Origin: Octopus bimaculoides
Taxonomy: Eukaryota
DNA length: 33,435 bases
Assembly (NCBI RefSeq): GCF_001194135.2
Contig: NC_069003.1
Location: 25,692,750 to 25,726,184, forward strand
Reading direction: 5' to 3'
Part shown: piece after piece, positions 20,826 to 31,486 of the stretch
Position numbering within the stretch: position 1 is the first letter of the stretch
Layout: the number at the start of each line of letters is the position of its first letter
Position numbers and translations under genes: made by a program
Notes under the pieces: generated by a model
The model's input: the letters and a program-made list of their open reading frames with translations, nothing else
Told to the model about the DNA's origin: nothing
Databases searched by the model: none

Positions 20826-21804
20826 GTTACGTTCTGAATATATGGAAGATTTACAAAGGAAGATTCGTGAGCTAGAAAGATGTTTCAACAACGAACGAGA
20901 GCAATGGAAGAAACTCGGTTGGCCTGTGCGCCAGGAGTCGCCCGACACTAACCCTGTGGAATTAGCTCGGACTGCAGTCAGCCTACCCCTTGCCCTGGAC
21001 AACGCTCCCAGTCCTGTCTCTGAGGGTTTCAGTGAAACTAGTTCTAACTCATTTACCACCATCTCTGTAGCCCACTCCACTGGTTCCGCAACACTTACTG
21101 ATGTTGCAGTTGCCACTGTTAATACTGTTAGTAGTTGTAGTAGTATTAGTAGTGGTAGTGGTGGTGTCGGCGGTGGTAGTAGTGAAATTACTTTCGCCAC
21201 TTGTTCTGTTTCGTCTAGTGTTGATAATCCTCCTCCATGTCCAAGTTCATTTCCAAAAAATGTTTCCTTCAACAAAGATAAAGACGAAGACGCCAGTATA
21301 CCCACTGCCACTGATTCGACAGGTTCCAGAGCCATGTCCACTTTGCCGGATGATATTCAGGAAGTTACTTTAGAGTGTGTCCCACACCATTACTGCACAA
21401 AGAATACTCGGAACAGTGGAACGAAAGAGAATGAAGACATCATCGACAACGACAGGAACAACGACGAGAACGACGACGAGAACGACGGCGATGACGTGGA
21501 CGACGACGACGACGACGACAGCAATAGTGGGGCCAGTGAAAATCTGGCCATTCAGAGAAGAAACAGCAAGACTATATATGACGATTATAAGGCAAACGAC
21601 TCGAAATCCTGCGAAGACGACGTGGTTGATGGAAGCCCTGATATCCCTTCAAGAGAACCACAACCACAACAACAGCAACAGCAATCTCAACAACAGCGTC
21701 AGGAGCTAAGCGACGGAGACGAGAAGAAAGTGATTATACAGCTTTGTTGCATGGAACAACTACACAATGTAGACAACATTCATCTCCAGCGAATTTTTGA
21801 CAAG
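20826..21804 (+). CDS. NINL: Ninein-family exon 10, 979-nt exon: short coiled coil followed by a long S/T/G-, D/N- and Q-rich disordered segment
   Basis: tattgttgtag| acceptor. AT from exon 9 plus G gives ATG, continuing LRSEYMEDLQRKIRELE. Open for 326 codons to aag|gtaaga; phase 2 to 0. Confidence 0.88.
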
Positions 21805-21826
21805 GTAAGATTTTGTCATTATGTCT

Positions 21827-21864
<38 letters not shown>

Positions 21865-22765
21865 NNNNNNNNNNNNNNNNNNNNNNNNNNNNNNNNNNNN
21901 NNNNNNNNNNNNNNNNNNNNNNNNNNNNNNNNNNNNNNNNNNNNNNNNNNNNNNNNNNNNNNNNNNNNNNNNNNNNNNNNNNNNNNNNNNNNNNNNNNNN
22001 NNNNNNNNNNNNNNNNNNNNNNNNNNNNNNNNNNNNNNNNNNNNNNNNNNNNNNNNNNNNNNNNNNNNNNNNNNNNNNNNNNNNNNNNNNNNNNNNNNNN
22101 NNNNNNNNNNNNNNNNNNNNNNNNNNNNNNNNNNNNNNNNNNNNNNNNNNNNNNNNNNNNNNNNNNNNNNNNNNNNNNNNNNNNNNNNNNNNNNNNNNNN
22201 NNNNNNNNNNNNNNNNNNNNNNNNNNNNNNNNATATATATATATATATAGGCAAATCGGAAATAAAAAACAAACACAGCAAAGTCAAAAGGATGTACACA
22301 GTGTATGTATGATATTAGGTTGACGCTCAGTTTAAGACGGAAAAAAAGAGAGGTTGTGTGACGATTCGAACATGGTTCTTCGTCAGAAAGAGGAAAAAGG
22401 AAAGGTCCGAAGAGAAGGAAAAGAATAGTCTGAGAAAAACACTTGTGTGGTTACACATATACATGTGTGTGTGTGCGCGCGCGCCCGTGTGTGTGTGAGT
22501 GTGTGTGTAAGGATTCAATTGTTATAAAGATGCAGTAGAACCTAAGCACATCAACAGGTAGGACGCCAGAAATGGCTGGGCACGATAACACAGAGTTCTC
22601 AGGGAGGTAAACAATAATGAAGGTTTCGCGTCTTGATAGGATACTGCAGATAGGTAAGTACCAAATCCAATTTAAACTGTGGATCTGACTTTGGGGTTGG
22701 TTCAAGGTGTGGTGTAGATATAAAAAGAGAACACAAATGGCCTTTAAAATCACGGCAGCTGGTTT

Positions 22766-22937
22766 GATGCTTAGCAGTATTTCGTCCATCTTTACGTTCT
22801 GAGTTCAAATTCTGCTAGGATTGATTTTACCTTTCATCCTTTCCAGATCGATAAAATAAGTACCAGTTGAGCACTGGGGAACAATGTAATCGACTTACTC
22901 CTTCCCCGAACTTGCTCACCTTGTGCCAAAATTTGGA
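22766..22937 (+). mobile_element. Headless B-tail SINE
   Basis: B-box, core and tail cttgtgccaaaatttgg match 3727-3923. Confidence 0.85.
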
Positions 22938-22952
22938 TATGTCACAAAATAT

Positions 22953-23357
22953 GGGTTTCAAATTTTTGCACAAGTCCAGCAACAAGTCGAGGGTGTGGTG
23001 GTAAGTTGTTGTGGAAGGATTCCTGCCATCCCCAAGTGACTAAAGGTGGACTGACTCATTATTATAAAGTAAAGAACTATGAGCGATTGGAGTTCGTGTT
23101 GGTAGCAGTTCACTGTGAGCCTTTGATGTAGAGTGATGAGTCTCGTGTAACAGTAATAGTAATATGTCGTGTATATACTTTCTTCCTCACTGATTCGTTA
23201 TATTACATATCAAATACAAGGATATAAAATAAGTCGATTACATTGAATACACATCGACCGGATGAAAGATAAAGTTAACCTGAAAAGGTAAAGACAGACG
23301 AAATGCCGCTAAGCATTTACCCCGGCGTCCTAACAATTCTGCCTGTTCGCCGCCTTT
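22953..23357 (-). mobile_element. B-tail SINE with 16-bp target-site duplication, interrupted by a 223-bp insertion (23007-23229)
   Basis: atatgtcaYaaaatat at 22937-22952 and 23358-23373. Tail at 22953-23006, core and head at 23230-23357, with taagt duplicated around the insert. Confidence 0.75.
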
Positions 23358-23396
23358 ATATGTCATAAAATATTGAGATTTGTATTATAATTTCAG

Positions 23397-23544
23397 GACA
23401 TGGATGCTAAATTGAAAAATGCCTTCATTAAAGCGCTTACCAAACATCGAAATGAGGAACTGCAGAGATCAAACAAATTGGACCAGGACGAAACAGCAAT
23501 TGAATATAACGACTTTGCTGACAGCCGGAAGTTCCCACGCTTGT
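23397..23544 (+). CDS. NINL: Ninein-family exon 11 (DMDAKLKNAFIKALTKHRNEELQRSNKLDQDETAIEYNDFADSRKFPRL)
   Basis: aatttcag| acceptor and open frame. The donor t|gtaaat (phase 1) was chosen as the best consensus; the 3' boundary is less certain. Confidence 0.78.
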
Positions 23545-23953
23545 GTAAATATAATAAATAGAACTTAATTTATTCGTGTTCATTTTTGTTTAAATTCTGT
23601 AAATTACCCTCATCCATCCGTGCATGTGTACTACTCTTTTTGTTGTTGTTGTTTATGTCTAAGTGTCTCCTCTACTGGATTTAAGGTAGGACAGTTTGCT
23701 GTGCTGATGACGCCAATTGACGTAGAAATAGGTGTTCCACAGCTGTCCTCTTGTCTTCAGTCAGACTGTCTTTTCCCCTCAATGGTATGTCGGTTTTGGA
23801 GAGGTTTTGATTCATAAAATTATCTTTCCTTCGCGTTTGGAGTTGATCGTAATTACCACGAGATAATTTATTTTGTCCTTACGTGAAGATTACTTCAGTA
23901 AATCAAGATTTTATTCTGTATCTTATTTGATATACCTTTATTCGGCTTTGTTA

Positions 23954-24008
<55 letters not shown>

Positions 24009-24062
24009 ATTCTATCGGGATCTTTTGCCGAACCGCTAAGTTACGGTTGTCAAGCGATGGAC
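24009..24062 (-). mobile_element. Short internally deleted fragment of the 2501-3000 SINE family
   Basis: cttttgccgaaccgctaagttacgg/ttgtcaagcgatgg matches 2620-2680. Confidence 0.65.
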
Positions 24063-24849
24063 ACACACGCACACACGCACACATACTCAAGTATATATAT
24101 GAGTGTGCATGTGCGCGTGTTTATACATAAATACATATGTATACACACATGCATATATACACTCGTTATCATGTACACACACATTCATATATACACTCGT
24201 TATCGTGTATGATCACTTTCTGCCCTAAGGTAACAGATGTAGTTTTCCTTATCACGGGTTTCTATGACGATGATGACATACAAAAGTATGGTAAAACCCA
24301 AATTCCTCTTTCTAGACATCGGCGGTATTTCTATGCAGGAAGCAGCCATACACAGCTGAGCGGAGAATTCGGATCACGACTGCTGCTGCTTGAACACCGT
24401 CTTCTGCACTTCCACGTCGTAAAGTGGATCGGTGGTAAGCCGGATAGGTTTTAAGTCAACAACAACCTGTACTTAGTTGTATATTACGGTTGCAAAACAG
24501 AGTACGGTCAACCATACCAGCAATTAATATGTATGTACCACTTATCAGGAATGTGTTTAATATATAAAATTGGTGCATCCAATTATGTTACACCGCTAAA
24601 TTTAGTTGTTATTTAGGCAATGTGTTAGTGGATGGTTAATGCTTGTTTGTGATGTGGTACTGAAGAAGGAGCAAGAAATCCTGAAATGTGCATATACACC
24701 CATTACCTATTTTTCTCTCTTCGATCGCATTGTTTATATACACGTATTCATATATGAAACGTAACTTTCACTGCTGTCCATACCAGCAATTAATATGTAG
24801 TGTAATGCTTCTTCTATTTGGTTGACAAATATCAATATTTTACACACAG

Positions 24850-24915
24850 GGGTTAGAAGAGCATCAGACGAGCCGAAAACCAAATTGACACCATTACAAC
24901 GATGTCGGGAAAAAG
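24850..24915 (+). CDS. NINL: Ninein-family exon 12 (VRRASDEPKTKLTPLQRCREK)
   Basis: tttacacacag| acceptor, aag|gtaatt donor, phase 1 to 1, bridging exons 11 and 13 in frame. Confidence 0.7.
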
Positions 24916-25097
24916 GTAATTCATTTCATTCATGCACGCATACTAACGCATTCACGCACAGAAGCACATACATGCACATATGTACGGGCAGACAGATACA
25001 CACATGCAGACGCAAATACACATAAACGTACACGCACACATATAGATTCACTCACACATGCACAGACAAACACACACATAGAAACATACATTCATAA

Positions 25098-25276
25098 GTA
25101 GCGCTCAAATGATTTGAACTTACACTCCGAAATCATTACCGAGGGCTAAGTTCGCGTGGTAAAGAGTGGCTGTTAGAGGAATCCAGGTGAGCAGATTTGG
25201 AGATAATGATGCAAATAAACAAATTAAACTGTCGGTAAAGATTTCGACGTATAAATTCAAATCATTTGAGCGTTAC
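25098..25276. mobile_element. 179-bp MITE with ~45-bp terminal inverted repeats and TAA target duplication
   Basis: gtagcgctcaaatgatttgaa versus ttcaaatcatttgagcgttac (20/21), extending inward to ~45 bp. TAA at 25095-25097 and 25277-25279. Confidence 0.8.
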
Positions 25277-25620
25277 TAAGTGTTTTCTATATAGAGATTC
25301 TCTCGATCTCATTTGTTAACTATATGGAGCTACTTAGGGTTTCATCTGTTGACTCTATACATATATACGTATATGCTTTTTTTGCCAGTTTGCAACATGT
25401 AGTTCTCTTCACTCTGACAGTTCCGTCCGTAATTTTTTGATACAATTCCTTCACATATAACTCATGTTACACTTTCTAACATCCTATTACAAACATGTTT
25501 CTAACGTGTTACTTTTCTGAAACAATGTGTAACTTTAAAAAACGTTTTCTGCTAGAAAATGTTCAATACATACAAAAAACACATACATACATGCGTAAAA
25601 TATGCGCACATGAATGCATG

Positions 25621-25677
25621 CATACATACATACGTACATACATACATACATACATACATACATACATACATACATAC
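25621..25677. repeat. (TACA)n left of the RLE fragments
   Basis: Read directly. Confidence 0.95.
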
Positions 25678-25864
25678 GAGGTTTTGTTAGTAAGTGCTTA
25701 AAGGAGAATCTGGATAAACTGGGATTTTCAGAAAGAGAAATCGACCGGCTAATTCGTACATTACAAGTGCAATCTGTGAGTGGAACAGTAAAGATATGCA
25801 AGACTTTTCTCAAGTTCTCCCTACTCAGTGGAAGATTTATAATAATTAAAAAATAGAAGAGACG
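25678..25864 (+). mobile_element. RLE-type non-LTR retrotransposon 3' fragment 1
   Basis: GFVSKCLKENLDKLGFSEREIDRLIRTLQVQSVSGTVKICKTFLKF is homologous to the C-terminus of the adjacent element. Confidence 0.7.
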
Positions 25865-25872
25865 TACATACA

Positions 25873-26636
25873 GAAACTGTATATTGTAGTGGAAATTAGC
25901 TGCCCAGCGGATGTTAACGTAAAGTTAAAGATCAGCAGAAAGAAAATACCTACGCTAAGCTATTGAGAAATCTACAGTTACTGTACCCAGATTACAAGTT
26001 CAAGCTTGTATCTGTAATTATTGGGGGACTGAGAAATGTAACACACTCCCTAAATACCAATCTTGAGAAATTAGGTTTCTCAAAACCAGAAAGGAGAAGG
26101 CTGATTCGAAGACTGCAGATCCAAGCCACGACTGGAACTGTAAAAATCTGCAAAAATTTTTCAGACGTTTATCATTTAAGTATATAAGCATGTCTCGACA
26201 AGTAACTACATGCATGAAAATACAAACATCAAACGAAACATACAAATCTGCACATGCACTGACTCTAAATACTGCACATAAACACATACATGCAAAAGTA
26301 CTCTGTTGATGTTGAAATTCGAATGAAGGTGGTGAGCTGGCAGAAACGTTACCCCCCCGGGCGAAATGCTTAGCAGTATTTCGTCTGCCGTTACGTTCTG
26401 AGTTCAAATTCCACCAGAGTATACTTTGCCTTTCAGCCTTTCGGGGTCGATATATTAAGTACCAGTTACGCACTGGGGTCGACGTAATCGACTTAATCCC
26501 TTTGTCTGTTCTTGTTTGTCCCCTCTATGTTTAGCCCCTTGCAGGCAATAAAGAAATAAGAAGGAGCCTTGGATCTTGGTTAGAAACTGGCTCCTTCTCT
26601 GTTCAGAAGAAATCTTGAAATAAAACTGAATAGTAA
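25873..26636 (+). mobile_element. RLE-type (R2/R4/NeSL superfamily) non-LTR retrotransposon 3' fragment 2, with SINE inserted in its 3' UTR
   Basis: KLYIVVEISCPADVNV...ENTYAKLLRNLQLLYPDYKFKLVSVIIGGLRNV...LEKLGF...TGTVKICKNF (one frameshift) fits the RLE C-terminus pattern (E..CP, K..KY..L, PI.IGALG). Confidence 0.75.
26326..26560 (+). mobile_element. Full A-tail SINE inserted in RLE 3' UTR
   Basis: Same sequence as 3492-3726, with gaagg repeated at both junctions (26325-26329, 26560-26564). Confidence 0.9.
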
Positions 26637-26763
26637 CATACATACATACACGCATACATACATACATACTTACATACATACACACATACATACATACATA
26701 CATACATACATACATACATACATACATACTTACATACATACATACACACATACATACATACAT
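26637..26763. repeat. (TACA)n right of the RLE fragments
   Basis: Read directly; starts exactly at the apparent 3' end of the element. Confidence 0.95.
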
Positions 26764-26832
26764 TTACGATTAAGTTGGTTCGATAATAAGTATGACCATT
26801 GCTTGTTAAAAGCAAACATGATTCTTAAAAAA

Positions 26833-26938
26833 TCCAGCGATCAAGCAGCAGTTTTTATTACGTCTATCACATAAATGTCTCTTCTCCAGCGATCAAGCAG
26901 CAGTTTTTATTACGTCTATCACATAAATGTCTCTTCTC
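26833..26938. repeat. Perfect 52-bp tandem duplication
   Basis: tccagcgatcaagcagcagtttttattacgtctatcacataaatgtctcttc occurs twice adjacently. Confidence 0.95.
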
Positions 26939-27100
26939 AGTTAAATGATATGCAGAATCAGGATATTTAGCCTTGCGCGCAGATAAGTGTCTTTTCAGAT
27001 CACTGATAGAAAGACAACGTTTACAACGCAATTGGCAGACATATGACCTTTCAGGTTGCGCTGATGATTTAAAAAATTATTAGCTTAATTGGTTCATGTA

Positions 27101-27133
<33 letters not shown>

Positions 27134-27169
27134 ATCTATATATAGTATAATCTAGCGACATAAAGATCT

Positions 27170-27249
<80 letters not shown>

Positions 27250-28181
27250 GAAATCGATAGGGATATGCTTATCGATTTTGAATATTTACTGTCTCTACTA
27301 TGTCCATCACCTTAATCTCTANNNNNNNNNNNNNNNNNNNNNNNNNNNNNNNNNNNNNNNNNNNNNNNNNNNNNNNNNNNNNNNNNNNNNNNNNNNNNNN
27401 NNNNNNNNNNNNNNNNNNNNNNNNNNNNNNNNNNNNNNNNNNNNNNNNNNNNNNNNNNNNNNNNNNNNNNNNNNNNNNNNNNNNNNNNNNNNNNNNNNNN
27501 NNNNNNNNNNNNNNNNNNNNNNNNNNNNNNNNNNNNNNNNNNNNNNNNNNNNNNNNNNNNNNNNNNNNNNNNNNNNNNNNNNNNNNNNNNNNNNNNNNNN
27601 NNNNNNNNNNNNNNNNNNNNNNNNNNNNNNNNNNNNNNNNNNNNNNNNNNNNNNNNNNNNNNNNNNNNNNNNNNNNNNNNNNNNNNNNNNNNNNNNNNNN
27701 NNNNNNNNNNNNNNNNNNNNNNNNNNNNNNNNNNNNNNNNNNNNNNNNNNNNNNNNNNNNNNNNNNNNNNNNNNNNNNNNNNNNNNNNNNNNNNNNNNNN
27801 NNNNNNNNNNNNNNNNNNNNNNNNNNNNNNNNNNNNNNNNNNNNNNNNNNNNNNNNNNNNNNNNNNNNNNNNNNNNNNNNNNNNNNNNNNNNNNNNNNNN
27901 NNNNNNNNNNNNNNNNNNNNNNNNNNNNNNNNNNNNNNNNNNNNNNNNNNNNNNNNNNNNNNNNNNNNNNNNNNNNNNNNNNNNNNNNNNNNNNNNNNNN
28001 NNNNNNNNNNNNNNNNNNNNNNNNNNNNNNNNNNNNNNNNNNNNNNNNNNNNNNNNNNNNNNNNNNNNNNNNNNNNNNNNNNNNNNNNNNNNNNNNNNNN
28101 TCCCCACCAATCCCCTCCCCCACTCCACCTCATAGCTAATGCTATAATCGGGTTTGCATTTTTCTTTTTTTCATTTTCCAG

Positions 28182-28318
28182 TTCTGAAGATGGAGAATGA
28201 TCGCAGGTTGCTGACACAGAAATATGAAGACAAACTGCGTCAACAAGATCGAGAAATACAAAAACTGAGAAATAAATTTGTTGAGATGTCAGACACACCG
28301 AAAGATTATTCTGTTAAA
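28182..28318 (+). CDS. NINL: Ninein-family exon 13 (LKMENDRRLLTQKYEDKLRQQDREIQKLRNKFVEMSDTPKDYSVK)
   Basis: Long pyrimidine tract plus ccag| acceptor. The donor aaa|gttaat gives the phase 0 required by the next exon. Confidence 0.85.
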
Positions 28319-28546
28319 GTTAATAAATCCCTGAAGTATATCTTAAATCTGTTGTAAATTAAAAAGGGATACCGTAGAGTTACATAATACTGTGTTATTT
28401 CAAAACGGTAGTTCTCAACCATTTTTCAACTATGTACCCCTTTGATTACTATTTTACTCGGGTAGACCCTTATAACCATTCGATGTTTAAAATTTTTTAA
28501 ATATTTTTATCATTAAATATAAAATTATATTATCAAATGCTTATTT

Positions 28547-28807
28547 AAGGCGGCTAGCTGGCAGAATCGTTAGCACGCTGGGCGAAATGCTTAGCGGTAT
28601 TTCGTCTGCCGTTACGTTCTGAGTTCAAATTCCGCCGAAGTCGACTTTTCCTTCCATCCTTCCAGGATCGATAAATTAAGTACCAGTTACGCACTGAGGT
28701 CGATGTAATCGACTTAATCCCTTTGCCCGTCCTTGTTTGTTCCCTCTATGTTTAGCCCCTTGTGGACAATAAAGAAACAAGAATCGTTAGCATGCCGGGC
28801 GAAATAC
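28547..28807 (+). mobile_element. A-tail SINE followed by the start of a headless second unit (28781-28807)
   Basis: Matches 3492-3760, including the restart at gaatcgttagca. Confidence 0.9.
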
Positions 28808-28990
28808 TTTAACGTCCGCCTTCCATGCTGGCATGGGTTGGATGGTTTTCACAGGACGCAACCTGCTTTAAAGCTGCGTCGAGATCTAATGTCTGATTTG
28901 GCAGGGTTTTTACAGCAGGATACCCTTCCCAACACATTTTTTACTGAGGATACTGGGTGCTTTTTTGTGTGGTACCAACACGAGTAAGGT
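28808..28990. mobile_element. Unclassified interspersed repeat
   Basis: tttaacgtccgccttccatgctggcatgggttggatgg...ggcagggtttttac...ggatacccttcc is recognised from memory as a common octopus repeat. Single copy in the window, so not verifiable here. Confidence 0.45.
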
Positions 28991-29108
28991 CACCATTCAA
29001 CTTGTAAAACTAAAAGGCTGAAAGGGAGCCTATAACTAAAGGAAAATAATAAAAGAGAGAATGAAAATAATAAGAGAGAGAGATATAGATAGATAGAGAG
29101 ATACAGAT

Positions 29109-29141
<33 letters not shown>

Positions 29142-29283
29142 ATAATTTCAAGCGCGGAACTGAGGAAATGCGAGTTATAGATTCTTTGAACCCATTGGCT
29201 GATAGACTTTCTACCATCTTCATTTTGTGTACTTGTGCTTCTTCGTGATAAGATTTTATGATTCCTTTGTCCAATTTTTACAG

Positions 29284-29482
29284 ACGGCTGTCACCAAACT
29301 TGGGTACCATTTACTGTTCCCGCGTCAGAAATACAATAAATCGACCCAAACTGATCGCAGGGGCCATCTGCATCGAAACATGTCGGATTTACATCTCAAG
29401 TGTTTCTACCAAGAAGAGAAATTATATAACTTGGAGAAAGAACTTTCGCAACGAGAGGAACATTCAACCACTATCATGAAAA
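29284..29482 (+). CDS. NINL: Ninein-family exon 14 (TAVTKLGYHLLFPRQKYNKSTQTDRRGHLHRNMSDLHLKCFYQEEKLYNLEKELSQREEHSTTIMK)
   Basis: tttttacag| acceptor, a|gtaggt donor, phase 0 to 1. Confidence 0.85.
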
Positions 29483-29569
29483 GTAGGTGTTGATCTAAAG
29501 TTGAACCTATTCCTCATTTGCTCTCAGCTCACCCTCCCATCTTTATCATTGTTAATATTGTAGAACAAT

Positions 29570-29626
<57 letters not shown>

Positions 29627-29629
29627 TAA

Positions 29630-29815
29630 TAATCCTTTCACCTATAGGTACAAAACCTGGAATTTTATAGGAGGGACAAGCCGATTAGCTTGACCCAAGT
29701 GCTCAACTTGTACTTATTGCATCAACTCCGAAAAAATGAATGGCAAAGTCGACTTCGGCGGAATTTGAGCCCAGAACGTAAAGACGGACGAAATGCTGCT
29801 AAGCATTTTTCTCAG
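29630..29815 (-). mobile_element. Diverged C-tail SINE
   Basis: gaatggcaaagtcgacttcggcggaatttgagcccagaacgtaaagacggacgaaatgctgctaagca is the reverse complement of the shared core and B-box. Confidence 0.8.
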
Positions 29816-29883
29816 CGTAATAATAATAATAATAATAATAATGATAATAATAATGATAATAACAATAAATACTCTGATGCAGT

Positions 29884-30415
29884 ACGTGGCAGCAGCTCTC
29901 ATGGCTTTTAATCTTAACTGATTTAAAGTGTTAACATGTACATGTTTTGTCTTGGTATAGAAGATGGGTTACAGCAAATATTCTGCCCAATATTACAGAT
30001 TTGCTTGTCAGTTGTTTGACCATAACTAGCTGACCATGCCCCTTGGTGGCTGACAATATGTGTATCTCTGATCACGAGCAGGAGTAGTGAGGAGCATCAT
30101 AGCCATTTGTTGAGAGGAATTCTTTGGGGTTTGAATAATTCACCTCTGGAAACATGGGTGTCCCCGTTCATCATCCATAAACAAACCTTATTGAGACACC
30201 TTTTGAGGAGGATGGGTTACTCGACTTGAAGAAAATTCTAACGGGGTCCCCATCTGCAAGGTCATGCACTGTTTATCTTGATATGAGATCACAATGTCAC
30301 GCACATATGATTGTGATGTATGTGCCTGGTGTATCCTTATCAGATGGATATATTTGATTTCGTATATTTGTATCCCATTGTCACTTTAATGGCATGTGCT
30401 ACTCTCTCATTCAAT
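29884..30415. mobile_element. Unclassified interspersed repeat (probably a retroposon 3' end)
   Basis: Recognised from memory as an abundant octopus repeat (catggcttt..atcttaactgatt...gaagaaaattctaac...tgcaaggtcatgc), bounded by AAT repeats. Not verifiable within the window. Confidence 0.45.
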
Positions 30416-30682
30416 AATAATATTTATTATTGTTGCTGTTGTTATGAAAAGTGGTGGAATGAAGAATCGTTCGAGTGGCAGAACAAAATATTTTGCGGTT
30501 TCTGTTTCGGTCTTCACTGTCTGAGCTTGAATTCCACTGATATTGACTTGTCTTTTATCCTTCAAGATCAATAAAATAAAGCACTGATCAGTATGATCGA
30601 CTACACGCCTCCCTACTTAGACTACAATCTATATTAGAAGTCAATAATAACCAATATTTATATCTATATTATCTTTCGATTG

Positions 30683-31066
30683 TGGAGGCGCAATGGCCCA
30701 GTGGTTAGGACAGCGGACGCGCGGTCATAGGATCGCGGTTTCGATTCCCAGACCGGGCGTTGTAAGTGTTTATTAAGCGAAAACACCTAAAGCTCCACGA
30801 GGCTGCGGCAGGGGATGGTGGCGAACCCTGCTGTACTCTTTCACCACAACTTTCTCTCACTCTTTCTTCCTGTTTCTGTTGTGCCTGTAATTCAAAGGGT
30901 CAGCCTTGTCACACTGTGTCACACTGAATATCCCCGAGAACTACGTTAAGGGTACACGTGTCTGTGGAGTGCTCAGCCACTTGCATGTTAATTTCACGAG
31001 CAGGCTGTTTCGTTGATCGGATCAACTGGATCCCTCGACGCCGTGAGCGACGGAGTGCCAACAACA
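30683..31066 (+). mobile_element. Full-length SINE of the 9773 family with short target duplication
   Basis: A/B boxes, (CAA)n end, and ctttcgat at 30673-30680 and 31072-31079. Confidence 0.9.
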
Positions 31067-31486
31067 AAAACCTTTCGATCAGTTTGAATTGTGTTCGTCG
31101 TTAGATGCCTTACTCTTGAGTGCGTACACAGTACTAGACTAGATTTGAACTAACAATCTTTATTTCTGCATTAAAAGATTAAAAAAAAAGATTTTTCTTA
31201 ACCATAATACCACTGATGGCTGTACATGTAGTTTGAAAATGAAGGTCCTTCGTTCAAATCCTGCCTGGAACTATGTTAATATCCAGGAATAAGCTACATT
31301 ACGGGGTTAAAACTAATAAAAAGTGCAGTCTAGATCCAAAATATAAAATAAATATTTACTAAGGTGAAATTAATAGACGGGAAATTATAATCTTAGTTAC
31401 AGCTCCTTCCTTCCATCTCAGACATTTATTGCGAGCTAAAAGTTTCTGTCACAAAACAGTGAACAGTCACGTGTTTATACTTTCAG

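Noticed and set aside
20814-21709. ORFs at 20814 (-), 21101 (+) and 21377 (+) overlapping exon 10
   Set aside because: Shadow frames of a low-complexity coding exon.
22540-22740. Possible LINE RT remnant (RQKWLG-like peptide)
   Set aside because: Similarity too short and interrupted to support a call.
23695-23784. 90-nt open exon candidate (acag| ... aatg|gtatgt)
   Set aside because: Open only in phase 0, while the flanking junctions are phase 1.
26944-27070. Possible exon or C/D snoRNA-like segment
   Set aside because: Both acceptors lead to stops in the required phase. The C box is non-consensus and there is no terminal stem.
28319-28335. Extension of exon 13 to the donor at 28336 (gtatat)
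   Set aside because: Gives phase 2, incompatible with exon 14.
28406-28490. hAT-like terminus (gtagttctcaacc)
   Set aside because: Only one degenerate end is visible, with no matching TIR or 8-bp TSD.
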